Origin: Gemmatimonadaceae bacterium
GTDB lineage: Bacteria; Gemmatimonadota; Gemmatimonadetes; Gemmatimonadales; Gemmatimonadaceae
Assembly (NCBI GenBank): GCA_040902005.1
Contig: JBBDYA010000089.1
Coordinates: 1 to 20,530 of the forward strand
Direction: 5' to 3'
Length of the DNA: 20,530 bases
Shown here one piece after another: positions 1 through 8,142 of the stretch. Numbering within the stretch: the first letter of the stretch is position 1; each line of letters opens with the position of its first letter. The notes under the pieces were generated by a model. It worked only from the letters and a program-made list of their open reading frames with translations. It searched no databases and was not told where the DNA came from. A program made the translations under genes and the position numbers.

Positions 1-1
1 T

Positions 2-61
2 GTCTTCTGGTGCGGAGCCGTAGCCGCCATCGCGGCGCTCGCCGGCGTGCTCCGCCCATAA
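2..61 (+). CDS. 3' end of an upstream gene (partial), ending in a hydrophobic, probably transmembrane, segment
   Basis: Frame 2 reads VFWCGAVAAIAALAGVLRP then TAA at 59-61, 2 bp before the stop of the convergent serine hydrolase. Only 19 residues are visible. Confidence 0.4.
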   Translation, partial: VFWCGAVAAIAALAGVLRP

Positions 62-63
62 AA

Positions 64-1173
64 TCAGGCGTCTCGTCGGCACGCGGGCTGCCCGGCGCCG
101 CGTTCGGAAAGGCGTAACCCATGGTACAGGGCCGCGATATCACACGCGGTGGCCTTCGCAGCCTCGCTCTCGACGTTGCTCAGCACGATGATCGTCAGGC
201 CATCGTCGTAGGTGGCCAGGTGTGACGCAAATCCATTCGTCCCGCCGGTGTGATTTCGCACCGTCCGGCCAAACTGCCGGGTGATCTGCCACCCAAGGCC
301 GTATTCACCGTATCCAGGCGTCGTCATCCGCCGGAACGACGAATCGGACATCAGCGCGCCGCCGGTCAATGCCCTGTCGAAGCGAAGCAGGTCGGACGCG
401 GACGAGAGCAGGCCGCCCGCCGCGTATGCCGAGTGATCGCGATAACGAATGTGCCTGAGCGTGCCGCTCTCCATCGTATAGCCGCGCACCCGCCCGGGAA
501 TGATCGCCCAGACGTCGTCGTACCGAGTGTCTTCCATCCCTGCCGGTCCGAGGATCTCTGCTCGCAGAACGGACTCCCACCGCTGACCGGTCGCGACTTC
601 CATGGCGTATCCGACCAGAACATAGTTGAAGTTGCTGTAGCGATAGTGCGTCCCGGGTGCGCTCAGCAGGGAATCCTGCAGGTGTCGCTGCGCGGCGCGA
701 TCGATGATCGCGCGGGTCGAATCCACGGGGGCAGCTGGGAGCTCACCGAAGTAATCGGGAATGCCCGACGTATGGCCGAGCACGTGGGCCAGCGTCACGC
801 TCCGCCATGCCGCCGGACAGGGCGTCAGGAAATTGCAGACGGAGTCGGTCAGCCGGAGGGCGCCCCGCTCCACGAGGCGCATCACCGCGGCGGCCGTGAT
901 CGGCTTGGTGAGGGAGCCGATGCCAAACAGGTGGTCGGGGCGGAGCGCGACGCCAAGGTCCGCGCCGGCGACCCCGTACGCCTGATGGAGAACGACGCCG
1001 CTGCTGTTCGCGACGAGAATCACCCCGTTGAACGGAGCAGGAGCGCGCTGCTGTACGTAGTGCGCGACACGCGCGGCGAAGTCCTGCGCCCCTGCACGTG
1101 AGCAGGCGAGGATTGCAAGAGCGATCAGGGCACCGCGATGTGCGTGCCTCCTCAGTGCGGCGAATCGGAACAT
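64..1173 (-). CDS. Serine hydrolase, beta-lactamase/class C/PBP-like family, with signal peptide
   Basis: Motifs SxxK (GSLTK), LGHTSG, YxN (YRYSN) and HTG (HTGG). N-terminal MFRFAALRR..ALIALAILAC..AGA/Q is signal-like. Start taken as ATG 1173; ATG 1182 or 1203 are alternatives. Confidence 0.88.
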   Translation of the reverse strand: MFRFAALRRHAHRGALIALAILACSRAGAQDFAARVAHYVQQRAPAPFNGVILVANSSGVVLHQAYGVAGADLGVALRPDHLFGIGSLTKPITAAAVMRLVERGALRLTDSVCNFLTPCPAAWRSVTLAHVLGHTSGIPDYFGELPAAPVDSTRAIIDRAAQRHLQDSLLSAPGTHYRYSNFNYVLVGYAMEVATGQRWESVLRAEILGPAGMEDTRYDDVWAIIPGRVRGYTMESGTLRHIRYRDHSAYAAGGLLSSASDLLRFDRALTGGALMSDSSFRRMTTPGYGEYGLGWQITRQFGRTVRNHTGGTNGFASHLATYDDGLTIIVLSNVESEAAKATACDIAALYHGLRLSERGAGQPACRRDA

Positions 1174-1320
1174 GCGGTGCATGACTACTAAGACACTCGG
1201 CATGACGCAAGCATTGTCGCGCGTCGGCGCGGCACGCCGCAGCACCGCATCTCCTCCGTCATGGCAGGGGCACCGCGCTGGTCGAAGTGACGCGATGGCC
1301 GGACCCGGGGTTGTGTTGAG

Positions 1321-2574
1321 GTGGACATACGCCTCAGATCAGTCGCCAGGACCGCGCTCGTCTCGTGCGCGCTGCTGCTCGCGTGCAGCGACGTCCTCGA
1401 ACTGGAACTCGGTAATCCCGTCATCACGCTGGCGCCATCGAGCGGCGACGACCAGGTAGGCGAGGCGGGGCAGCCGCTCGCGGACTCCCTGGCCGTGATC
1501 GTGCAGCGCGCGAGCGACGGCGCTCCGTTGAGCGGCGTGACCGTCTTCTGGGAAGTGATGGTGGGCGGCGGAAGTGTCTCGCCGGAACAGTCGGTCACGG
1601 ACGCGGCGGGTGTCGCGCGGGCCCTGCGCACGCTCGGCCCTTCCGCCGGCGTGTATGGGACCCTGGCGGGGGTCGACGTGGTGGAAATCGTCTTCCATTC
1701 CACCGCGCGCGTTCAGGGCGCCTTCAGGATCGCGAGTCGCGCCACCGCGGTACTGACCGATACGACGCTGGGCACGAACGCCGAGCCGCTCGTCGTGTTC
1801 GTCTCCGATGAGAACGACGCGCCCGTGGCCGGCGTGAACGTGCAATGGAGCGTGTCCGGTGGGGGGGGGGGATCGGTCTCGGCGGCGTCGGTGCCGACGA
1901 ACGCGGCCGGAGAATCTCAGGTGCAGTACACCTACGGTCCGACCGCTGGCGCACATGGAGCGCAGGCGACGGTGTCGGGGCTGATCGGCTCGCCCGTCGC
2001 GTTCACGCTCACCGGCACCGCGGGCAATGCGACCACGCTGACGAAGAACTCGGACGACGGGACGGCCGCGCCGGGCACGCAGGTGGTCCACACCGTCGTC
2101 ACGAGGGACGCGCGCGGAAACGCGCGCGGCGGCGTCACCATCCAGTGGGCGGTGGCCACCGGCGGCGGCTCGATCACCCCGGCCGAGAACGTGACTGGTG
2201 CGACCGGAACCGCCGCGGCAACGCGCACGCTCGGCGCGAGCAGCGGAGCGCAAACCGCGACGGCAACCGCGCCCGCCCTCCCCGGCGCGCCGCAGGTGAC
2301 CTTCACCACGACGGCGGCGGCCATCGTCCAGGTCTCGAACAATATGTTCACGCCGTCCAGCATTTCGATCGCCACCGGGGCGAGCGTGACGTGGGAGTGG
2401 CAGCCGGGCGCCTCGGGGCACAACGTCACCTTCGGCGCCACGGCGGGGGCGCCGGCCCACATCGGCGATCGCAGCTCTGGCAGTGAATCACGGACGTTCG
2501 ACGCGGCCGGAACGTTCGGGTATCAGTGCACGATCCATCTGGGAATGAGCGGCTCGGTCACGGTCGCGCCCTAG
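1321..2574 (+). CDS. Lipoprotein with about three bacterial Ig-like (Big_1-type) domains and a C-terminal plastocyanin/cupredoxin domain
   Basis: Lipobox LLAC. Three Ig-like units share GVxVxWxVxxGGGSV...T.A.G.A. The C-terminus has HNV and YQCTIHLGMSGSVTV, the H...C-x2-H-x2-M type-1 copper ligand set. Confidence 0.85.
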   Translation: MDIRLRSVARTALVSCALLLACSDVLELELGNPVITLAPSSGDDQVGEAGQPLADSLAVIVQRASDGAPLSGVTVFWEVMVGGGSVSPEQSVTDAAGVARALRTLGPSAGVYGTLAGVDVVEIVFHSTARVQGAFRIASRATAVLTDTTLGTNAEPLVVFVSDENDAPVAGVNVQWSVSGGGGGSVSAASVPTNAAGESQVQYTYGPTAGAHGAQATVSGLIGSPVAFTLTGTAGNATTLTKNSDDGTAAPGTQVVHTVVTRDARGNARGGVTIQWAVATGGGSITPAENVTGATGTAAATRTLGASSGAQTATATAPALPGAPQVTFTTTAAAIVQVSNNMFTPSSISIATGASVTWEWQPGASGHNVTFGATAGAPAHIGDRSSGSESRTFDAAGTFGYQCTIHLGMSGSVTVAP

Positions 2575-2692
2575 GGAAGCTCTGAAGAAATTGGACTGTC
2601 ATCCCGAGCGCTGCGAGGCATCTGCAGTTCTTGAGATTCAATGGCAGATTCCTCGTCGCTACGCGACTCGGAATGACATTCTCAGAGCTTCC
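2575..2692. mobile_element. MITE-like element (118 bp) with IS5-type ends and CTAG target-site duplication, enclosing a REP-like palindrome
   Basis: CTAG at 2571-2574 and 2693-2696. Terminal inverted repeat GGAAGCTCTGA (2575-2585)/TCAGAGCTTCC (2682-2692). Nested inner arms TGTCATCCCGAG/CTCGGAATGACA and CGAGGCATCTGC/GCAGATTCCTCG. More AT-rich than the flanking genes; no transposase. Confidence 0.75.
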
Positions 2693-3127
2693 CTAGCTGA
2701 CTTCACGAAAGACTATTTCCTGCGCGCCCTCGTACAGGACGACCCTGCCCAACTCCGCCAGTTGTTCGCGGCCCTCGGTGACGGTGAGGAAGTGGTTTCC
2801 GGCCAGCTCCCCCGCCCTGCTCGCGAACCGCGAGACGCCGTAGGGAAACAGGAGCTCCGTCTCCGAGATGCCACCCGGGTACCAGAGGATGCAGCCGGGG
2901 TCCGGCGTGCTCGTGGAGTTCTCCTGGGGGACACCGAGGTTGAAGTCGCCGAGCGGGATCCAGCACGCCTCTCCGCTCCAGCGCGCGTGGACGATGCGCT
3001 GCCTGTAGGGGAGCAGCGTCCGGAACGCCGCGCACGTCGTGGGCGCGAGGGCTTCCTCGAGGCGGGCCACGAAGCGGAAGCGCTCCGCGACGACGATGGA
3101 CAGCGTGGCGGTTCCTGTCATGTTCAT
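2693..3127 (-). CDS. DUF3830 family (cyclophilin-like fold) protein
   Basis: APxTCAAF..LP, HARWSGEACWIP, ENSTSTP.PG.IL.YPGG.SETE.L.PYG, F.S.AG.LAGNHFLT match my recollection of DUF3830. Start ATG 3127 (3121 possible); the longer ORF-track extension looks non-coding. Confidence 0.8.
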   Translation of the reverse strand: MNMTGTATLSIVVAERFRFVARLEEALAPTTCAAFRTLLPYRQRIVHARWSGEACWIPLGDFNLGVPQENSTSTPDPGCILWYPGGISETELLFPYGVSRFASRAGELAGNHFLTVTEGREQLAELGRVVLYEGAQEIVFREVS

Positions 3128-3228
3128 GAGGTGCGCGCGTGCGCAGGCGGGTTCGCCGCAATCTAGGCCACGCTCACGTTTGCCACGCATGGAAGCACTC
3201 TCGGGCGAACGCTCCTGCACGTGGAAAT

Positions 3229-3244
3229 TCACGATTCTTTTACA
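3229..3244 (+). promoter_or_regulatory. Candidate OmpR/PhoB-type tandem binding site upstream of the histidine kinase
   Basis: TCACG-N6-TTACA with 11-bp periodicity in an AT-rich patch; resembles the site at 5622-5637. Confidence 0.35.
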
Positions 3245-3288
3245 AGGCGGCACCATTGAGTCGCAGGTCGTCCCGTAGCTTTCCCCGC

Positions 3289-4899
3289 ATGCATGGACGC
3301 CGTTGGCTGGTCGCCGCAGCGCTATTCACACCGGTGCTGTTGCTGGCGGTTGTGACAGCAATGACGTGGCGCGCAGAGCGCACGTATGCACAGGTGACCG
3401 ATCGCGTCGTGCACGACTATGCCGCCATCGCGGCCTGGCAGTACGCCCGACGCGCGAGCGAGGCGCTGCACGATGAGGTGATGGCCGCCTTTCTCGGCTG
3501 CTGCGCTGGCCACATGCGGCTGGGTGCCGCGCCGCGGTTGGCGAGTCCGCATTCGCTCCTGGCCACGCGCCCGGATACCGCGTCGGCGTTTCTCGGTACG
3601 GCCCGGCTTGCGTTCACCTGGGATGCCTCGTCAGGGCGAACGGTATACGCCAGCGACGCGGATGTTCCTGGCGTGCAGGGCATGATCGAGCGACGACTGG
3701 CCGGCATTGCCGCGTCCCGGCACACCGATGGTGAACCGCACCACATGCTGTTCGACACGGCGGCCGGCCGCCCCTGGGCCATCGCGCTCTGGACGATCGC
3801 CGGCCCCCGCGACTTGCGCGGAGCATATGGGGTGGTCTCGGACCCGGCGACGCTGCGAGCGCGATTCGCCGCCGCGATCACCGATGCCGATCTCCTCCCC
3901 GCAACGTCGGGAGCGCCGCGCCTCGCTCCTACCGATATGGCGGTGCGACTCACGCGCCGGGACGGTGGCGTCGTCTTCGCGACACCGCTGGCGCCGGGGA
4001 GCACTGCCGCAACCGACAGCACCGGGCTTCAGAATGGGGAGCTGCGCGTGACGATCGATCTCTCCCCGCGCCTGGCGAGGGCGCTGTTGGCACACACGCC
4101 ATCGACGCAGCTCCCCGCCCTCCTGCTGATGTTCGCCGTCGCGCTGGGGCTGGCGGTGGTCGGGCTGCGCCAGGACCGGCGGGCGCGCGAGCTCGATGCG
4201 CTCCGCGGGCGATTCGTCGCCAACGTGAGCCACGAGCTGCGGACGCCGCTCGCGCAGATCTCGATGTTCGGGGAGACACTCGCGCTTGGCCGCGAGCGCG
4301 GAGATGCCGAGCGCCGGCGGTTCGCGGAGATCATTGTGGCCGAGGCTCGGCGCCTGACCACGCTCGTGGAGAGCGTCCTGCGCCTGGAGCGCGGAACCCG
4401 CGCCCACGCGCTGATCGTCAAAGAGTCGTCGTTGAACGCCGAGCTGGCCGCCGCCGTAGATGCGTACGAGCCGATCGCGCGGTCCACCGGCGCGCGCATC
4501 GTGTATGACGACGCCGCGGATGTGCGCGCGCCAGTCGACCCGGGCGCCTTTCGCCAGGTGGTCCTCAACCTGCTGGACAACGCCGTCAAGCACGGCGGTC
4601 GCAGCGGCGAGGTCCGCGTGATGCTGCGAAGCAGGGCTGGGCTGGCCGAGATCGTCGTCGACGACGCCGGTCCCGGCATTCCCGAGCAGGAACGGGAGCG
4701 TGTCTTCGAGCCCTTCGTCCGATTGGAGGGCGGAGGGTCGGGCACGGGGATCGGCCTCGCCGTGGTCCGTGACCTCGTCCATGCGCATGGGGGCACGGTG
4801 CGAGTCGAGCGATCTCCGGAGGGCGGGGCACGGTTTCTCGTCACCCTTCCGGCGACGCAGGGTGCGGCGGCAAACGAACCTGTGAACGCCGGCGCATGA
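3289..4899 (+). CDS. Membrane sensor histidine kinase (HisKA + HATPase_c)
   Basis: Two TM segments flank a periplasmic domain. H-box FVANVSHELRTPL, N-box NLLDNAVKH, G1 DDAGPGIP, F-box VFEPF, G2 GTGIGLA. Start ATG 3289 (MHGRRWLV). Confidence 0.93.
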   Translation: MHGRRWLVAAALFTPVLLLAVVTAMTWRAERTYAQVTDRVVHDYAAIAAWQYARRASEALHDEVMAAFLGCCAGHMRLGAAPRLASPHSLLATRPDTASAFLGTARLAFTWDASSGRTVYASDADVPGVQGMIERRLAGIAASRHTDGEPHHMLFDTAAGRPWAIALWTIAGPRDLRGAYGVVSDPATLRARFAAAITDADLLPATSGAPRLAPTDMAVRLTRRDGGVVFATPLAPGSTAATDSTGLQNGELRVTIDLSPRLARALLAHTPSTQLPALLLMFAVALGLAVVGLRQDRRARELDALRGRFVANVSHELRTPLAQISMFGETLALGRERGDAERRRFAEIIVAEARRLTTLVESVLRLERGTRAHALIVKESSLNAELAAAVDAYEPIARSTGARIVYDDAADVRAPVDPGAFRQVVLNLLDNAVKHGGRSGEVRVMLRSRAGLAEIVVDDAGPGIPEQERERVFEPFVRLEGGGSGTGIGLAVVRDLVHAHGGTVRVERSPEGGARFLVTLPATQGAAANEPVNAGA

Positions 4900-5582
4900 C
4901 CCGCGTGCTGGTGGTCGAGGACGAGCCGAATCTCGCGTTGGGTTTGCGGGCCAACCTGGAGGTCGAAGGGTATGAGGTTTTCGTCAGCGAGACGGGTGAG
5001 GATGCGCTGGCGCGGGTGAAGTCTGGGGTCCGGCCGGACGTGGTCATCCTGGACCTGATGCTGCCCGGGATCGATGGCTACCAGGTGCTGAGCCAGATGC
5101 GCGAGCTGGGTCTCGAGTGCCCCGTCCTGATCCTCAGCGCGCGAGCGGAGGAAATCGACAAGGTGCGCGGATTCCGGACCGGCGCCGACGACTACGTGAC
5201 AAAGCCGTTCGGGGTGATGGAACTCCTGCTGCGTGTGGAGGCGCTTCTCCGCCGCACCTCGCCGCGGCACTCCCCGGCGCGCGAGCGGTTCCGGTTCGGG
5301 GAAGTCGAGGTAGACGTCGCGCGGCGCCGTGTGACACGCGCAGGAGAGGAAGTCCAGCTGACCCCGCGGGCGCTCGAGTTGCTCCTGGCCCTGCTGCGGA
5401 ACGGGGACGCGCCGCTGAGCCGGCACGAATTGTTGCGCACGGTGTGGGGGTACGACGCATTGGTGACGACGCGGACCGTGGACGCCCACGTCGCTGAGCT
5501 GCGTCGCAAGCTCGAGCGAGTCGCGGCCGAGCCGACGCACATTCTCACTGTGCACAAGGTGGGATATCGACTGCGTCCGTAG
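4896..5582 (+). CDS. OmpR/PhoB-family response regulator
   Basis: Receiver motifs VLVVEDE, ILDLMLP, GADDYVTKPF. Winged helix LSRHELL..VWG, TRTVDAHV..LRRKL, ILTVHKVGYR. ATGA overlap with the kinase stop. Confidence 0.95.
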   Translation: MTRVLVVEDEPNLALGLRANLEVEGYEVFVSETGEDALARVKSGVRPDVVILDLMLPGIDGYQVLSQMRELGLECPVLILSARAEEIDKVRGFRTGADDYVTKPFGVMELLLRVEALLRRTSPRHSPARERFRFGEVEVDVARRRVTRAGEEVQLTPRALELLLALLRNGDAPLSRHELLRTVWGYDALVTTRTVDAHVAELRRKLERVAAEPTHILTVHKVGYRLRP

Positions 5583-5621
5583 CCCCGCCCGCCCCCCCTC
5601 CCCCCCTTCCCAGCACAGCTC

Positions 5622-5637
5622 TCACAACTCCGTCACA
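5622..5637 (+). promoter_or_regulatory. Candidate OmpR/PhoB-type tandem binding site upstream of the methyltransferase-permease operon
   Basis: TCACA-N6-TCACA direct repeat (11-bp period), about 60 bp upstream of ATG 5699, which has a GGAGG RBS. Confidence 0.5.
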
Positions 5638-5698
5638 CCGCTCTCGCCACACGAGGCGGCACACGCGCGAGAATGCATCCACTCTCACGGAGGCATTC

Positions 5699-6393
5699 AT
5701 GCGCCACATCCTTTCCCTCGCCGCGGCGGTCCTGCTCGCGGCACAAGGCCAGGCCCAACAGTCCCGAACGAGCAGCCCGCAAGGCGTGTCACCGGCCGGG
5801 GCCCCCCCCCCCCCCCCCCCCCTGAACGGCGCGACGATTGGCAGCGCGCGCCGGACATCTTCGCCGCGGCAGGGCTGCGTGCGGGCAGCCGCGTCGCGGA
5901 TCTCGGCGCAGGCGAAGGATGGCTCACCACCCGGCTTGCGCGCCATGTGGGCCCGGGCGGCAGGGTGTTCGCCGCGGACATCAGCGAGCGCGCGCTGCAA
6001 TCGCTTGGCGAGGCGCTCGGGGACTCGACCGGGCAGGTGGAACTCGTGCTCTCCGAGGCAGACGATCCTCGGCTGCCGTACGGCACCCTCGATGCGGTCA
6101 TCGTGGTGAACGCGTATCACGAATTCGTGGAACGGGTGGCCGTTCTTGACGGAGTCAAGCGCGCGCTCAAGCCAGGCGGCCTGCTGGTGATCGTCGATGC
6201 AGCTCCGTCCGACACGGTACTGACGCGACGTGAACAGGCGCAGAATCACACGCTGGCGCCGGCGTTCGCGCGCGACGACCTCGAGGCGCATGGGTTCGAG
6301 ATCGTGTCGGTGCAACCTGAATTCGTCCTGCACAAGCACGACACGCATACGCACCGTCAGTGGCTCATCTCAGCCCGCAAGAGGATACGGTGA
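5699..6393 (+). pseudogene. Class I SAM-dependent methyltransferase with N-terminal signal peptide, frameshifted at a poly-C tract (real frameshift or assembly error)
   Basis: ATG 5699 with GGAGG RBS gives the signal peptide MRHILSLAAAVLLAAQGQA. After C21 (5802-5822) a different frame reads PERRDDWQRAPDIF...RVADLGAGEGW (motif I), VFAADI, LDAVIVVNAYHE, ALKPGGLLVIVD up to TGA 6393. Confidence 0.8.
5802..5822. repeat. Poly-C homopolymer (21 nt)
   Basis: Directly visible; coincides with the frame change in the methyltransferase. Confidence 0.9.
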
Positions 6394-7700
6394 GGCGACC
6401 GGGATTCGGCGCGCTGGATGGCGCCGCCCTGGTCGTGACGACGGTGGTCGGCGCGGGCATCTTCACCGTGCCGGCCTACGTCGCGCGCCTCTCGGGTTCA
6501 GGGCTGGTGGCGATCGTCCTGTGGATCGCGGGCGGGTTGATCGCCATGGCGGGCGCGCTGTGCTACGCCGAGCTGGCGACGCGCTTCCGGAGAGGTGGCG
6601 CCGAGTACGTCTACATCAGTGAGGCCCTGGGCCCTACGACCGGCTTTCTTTCCGGGTGGACCAGCTTCATCGCCGGGTTTTCCGGTGCGATCGCCGCGGC
6701 GGCAGTCGGGTTTGGCGCCCAACTGCAGCAGGTGCTGCCCAACACGCTGATGACGTCGGACGGCACGCCCTGGATCGCGGCGGGCCTGGTCGTGGTGTTT
6801 ACGGCGGTGGTGCTTGCGGGCATGCGCGCCGGAAAGTTGGCCACGAATGCCCTTGCTGTGCTCGTCGTGGTGCTGATCGTGGTGCTGGTGGCAACTGGGG
6901 CGACCGGGGCGTCCGGGCTGAACCCTGTTGCCGCCGTCACTGAGCGTCCCCAACTGAGCGCGCTCGCAGCGCTGGTCCCGATCTTCTTCACATATAGCGG
7001 CTGGAACGCCGCCGCATACGTCGCCGGGGAGTTTCGCGACCCGGCGCGCTCACTGCCGCGGGCGCTCGTGTGGGGAACGCTTGCCGTGTCGGCCCTGTAC
7101 GTCGCCCTGAACGCGTCACTCATGCGCACGGTGCCATTGCGCGAGCTGGCGGGATCTGCCGCTCCGGTCGCGGATGCCGCGCGGGCGTCGCTCGGCGGCT
7201 TCGGCGGCGGCATCGTTGGGGCGCTCGTGCTGATCGCGCTGGCCAGCAGCGTGTGCGCCATGATGATCACCGGGCCACGCATCTACCGTGAAATGTCGCG
7301 CGACGGCGCGCTGCCGGCGATGTTCGGCGGCGTCAATGCGCGCGGTGTGCCGACAGCAGCCGTCCTGGCGCAGAGTGGGTGGACGATTGTCCTGATCCTG
7401 ACCGGGTCGTTCGAGCAGATCGTGGCGTTCACCGGCTTCGCGATCGTTGTGTTCAGCGGCCTGGCGGTGGTGTCGCTGTTCATCATCAGGGCCCGGCACG
7501 GCGCGCCACGCGGTTACTCCGTACCGTGGTATCCGGTGCTGCCTGCCGCGTTCGTCTGCGTGGTGGCGGTCATGGCAGTGGCAAGCTTTCGCTACGCGCC
7601 ACTGCCGTCCATGGCAGGTGTGGTCCTGATCCTCGCAGGGTTGCCGGTTCGCGCGGTGCTCATGCGCGGTGGGGATCCGCTGCGCTCCGTAGCGGGGTGA
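6390..7700 (+). CDS. APC-superfamily amino acid permease
   Basis: About 12 hydrophobic segments. Motifs VGAGIF, LCYAELAT.F..GG.EYVY, GFLSGW, FTYSGWN.AAYVAGE..DP.R.LP. GTG 6390 overlaps the methyltransferase TGA (GTGA), with AAGAGGA upstream. Confidence 0.92.
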   Translation: MRRPGFGALDGAALVVTTVVGAGIFTVPAYVARLSGSGLVAIVLWIAGGLIAMAGALCYAELATRFRRGGAEYVYISEALGPTTGFLSGWTSFIAGFSGAIAAAAVGFGAQLQQVLPNTLMTSDGTPWIAAGLVVVFTAVVLAGMRAGKLATNALAVLVVVLIVVLVATGATGASGLNPVAAVTERPQLSALAALVPIFFTYSGWNAAAYVAGEFRDPARSLPRALVWGTLAVSALYVALNASLMRTVPLRELAGSAAPVADAARASLGGFGGGIVGALVLIALASSVCAMMITGPRIYREMSRDGALPAMFGGVNARGVPTAAVLAQSGWTIVLILTGSFEQIVAFTGFAIVVFSGLAVVSLFIIRARHGAPRGYSVPWYPVLPAAFVCVVAVMAVASFRYAPLPSMAGVVLILAGLPVRAVLMRGGDPLRSVAG

Positions 7701-7704
7701 TGGC

Positions 7705-8142
7705 TTACGGCTTCATCGACGAGTTCCTCGTCTTGCGGGCGCGTAGCCAGGCGAGACCGGAGTACACAGACATCATGCCGGTAAGGAACGCGCCGATTCC
7801 GAACGGGATCCTGCAGCCCAGGCCGGACACTTCCACGCCTGGGCCATCGTCGGCGCTCATGCTGCAGCCGCCCGACTCCGGCGAGAGCGCGATCCATCCG
7901 CCGATCGCGGTGAGCCCCGCGAGGATCAGGGGGGCGAGGCCATCGACGTCGGACTGGACGCCGAGCAGTTGCTTGAGGACGGCGACTGCTGCCATGAAGA
8001 ATACGGCGGCAGTGATGTACGCAACAACGGGGGGAACGTGGAGCCCGGGGTCTCGGATGATCGCCGCGCGCACGAGCAGCCCGCCGACCAGCGTGAGCAG
8101 GAAGATCGCAAGCCAGTGGCCCGCGACCGGCACCGTTCTCAC
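7705..8142 (-). CDS. Hypothetical small membrane protein (about 4 TM)
   Basis: Four hydrophobic stretches; GTGA overlap with the upstream serine hydrolase stop; two Cys in the loop between TM3 and TM4. Confidence 0.65.
   Translation of the reverse strand: MRTVPVAGHWLAIFLLTLVGGLLVRAAIIRDPGLHVPPVVAYITAAVFFMAAVAVLKQLLGVQSDVDGLAPLILAGLTAIGGWIALSPESGGCSMSADDGPGVEVSGLGCRIPFGIGAFLTGMMSVYSGLAWLRARKTRNSSMKP

Noticed and set aside
1200..1232. Similarity between 1200-1232 and 14511-14539 (GCAT.ACGCA...GTCGCGCGTCGGC.CGG), each about 27-28 bp upstream of a minus-strand start
   Set aside because: The exact core is a 13-mer of mostly G/C, which is expected by chance in 20 kb of GC-rich sequence, and the alignment needs a gap. 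Worth revisiting only if found upstream of other genes.
1861..1871. G11 tract as a phase-variation switch in the Ig/cupredoxin gene
   Set aside because: It is in frame and encodes the Gly-rich turn also present in the sibling Ig repeats (GGGSV, GGGSI); its length may be a minor sequencing artefact.
2591..3166. Plus-strand 191-aa ORF starting inside the MITE
   Set aside because: It is antisense to the DUF3830-like gene, has a TTG start, and shows no transposase features.
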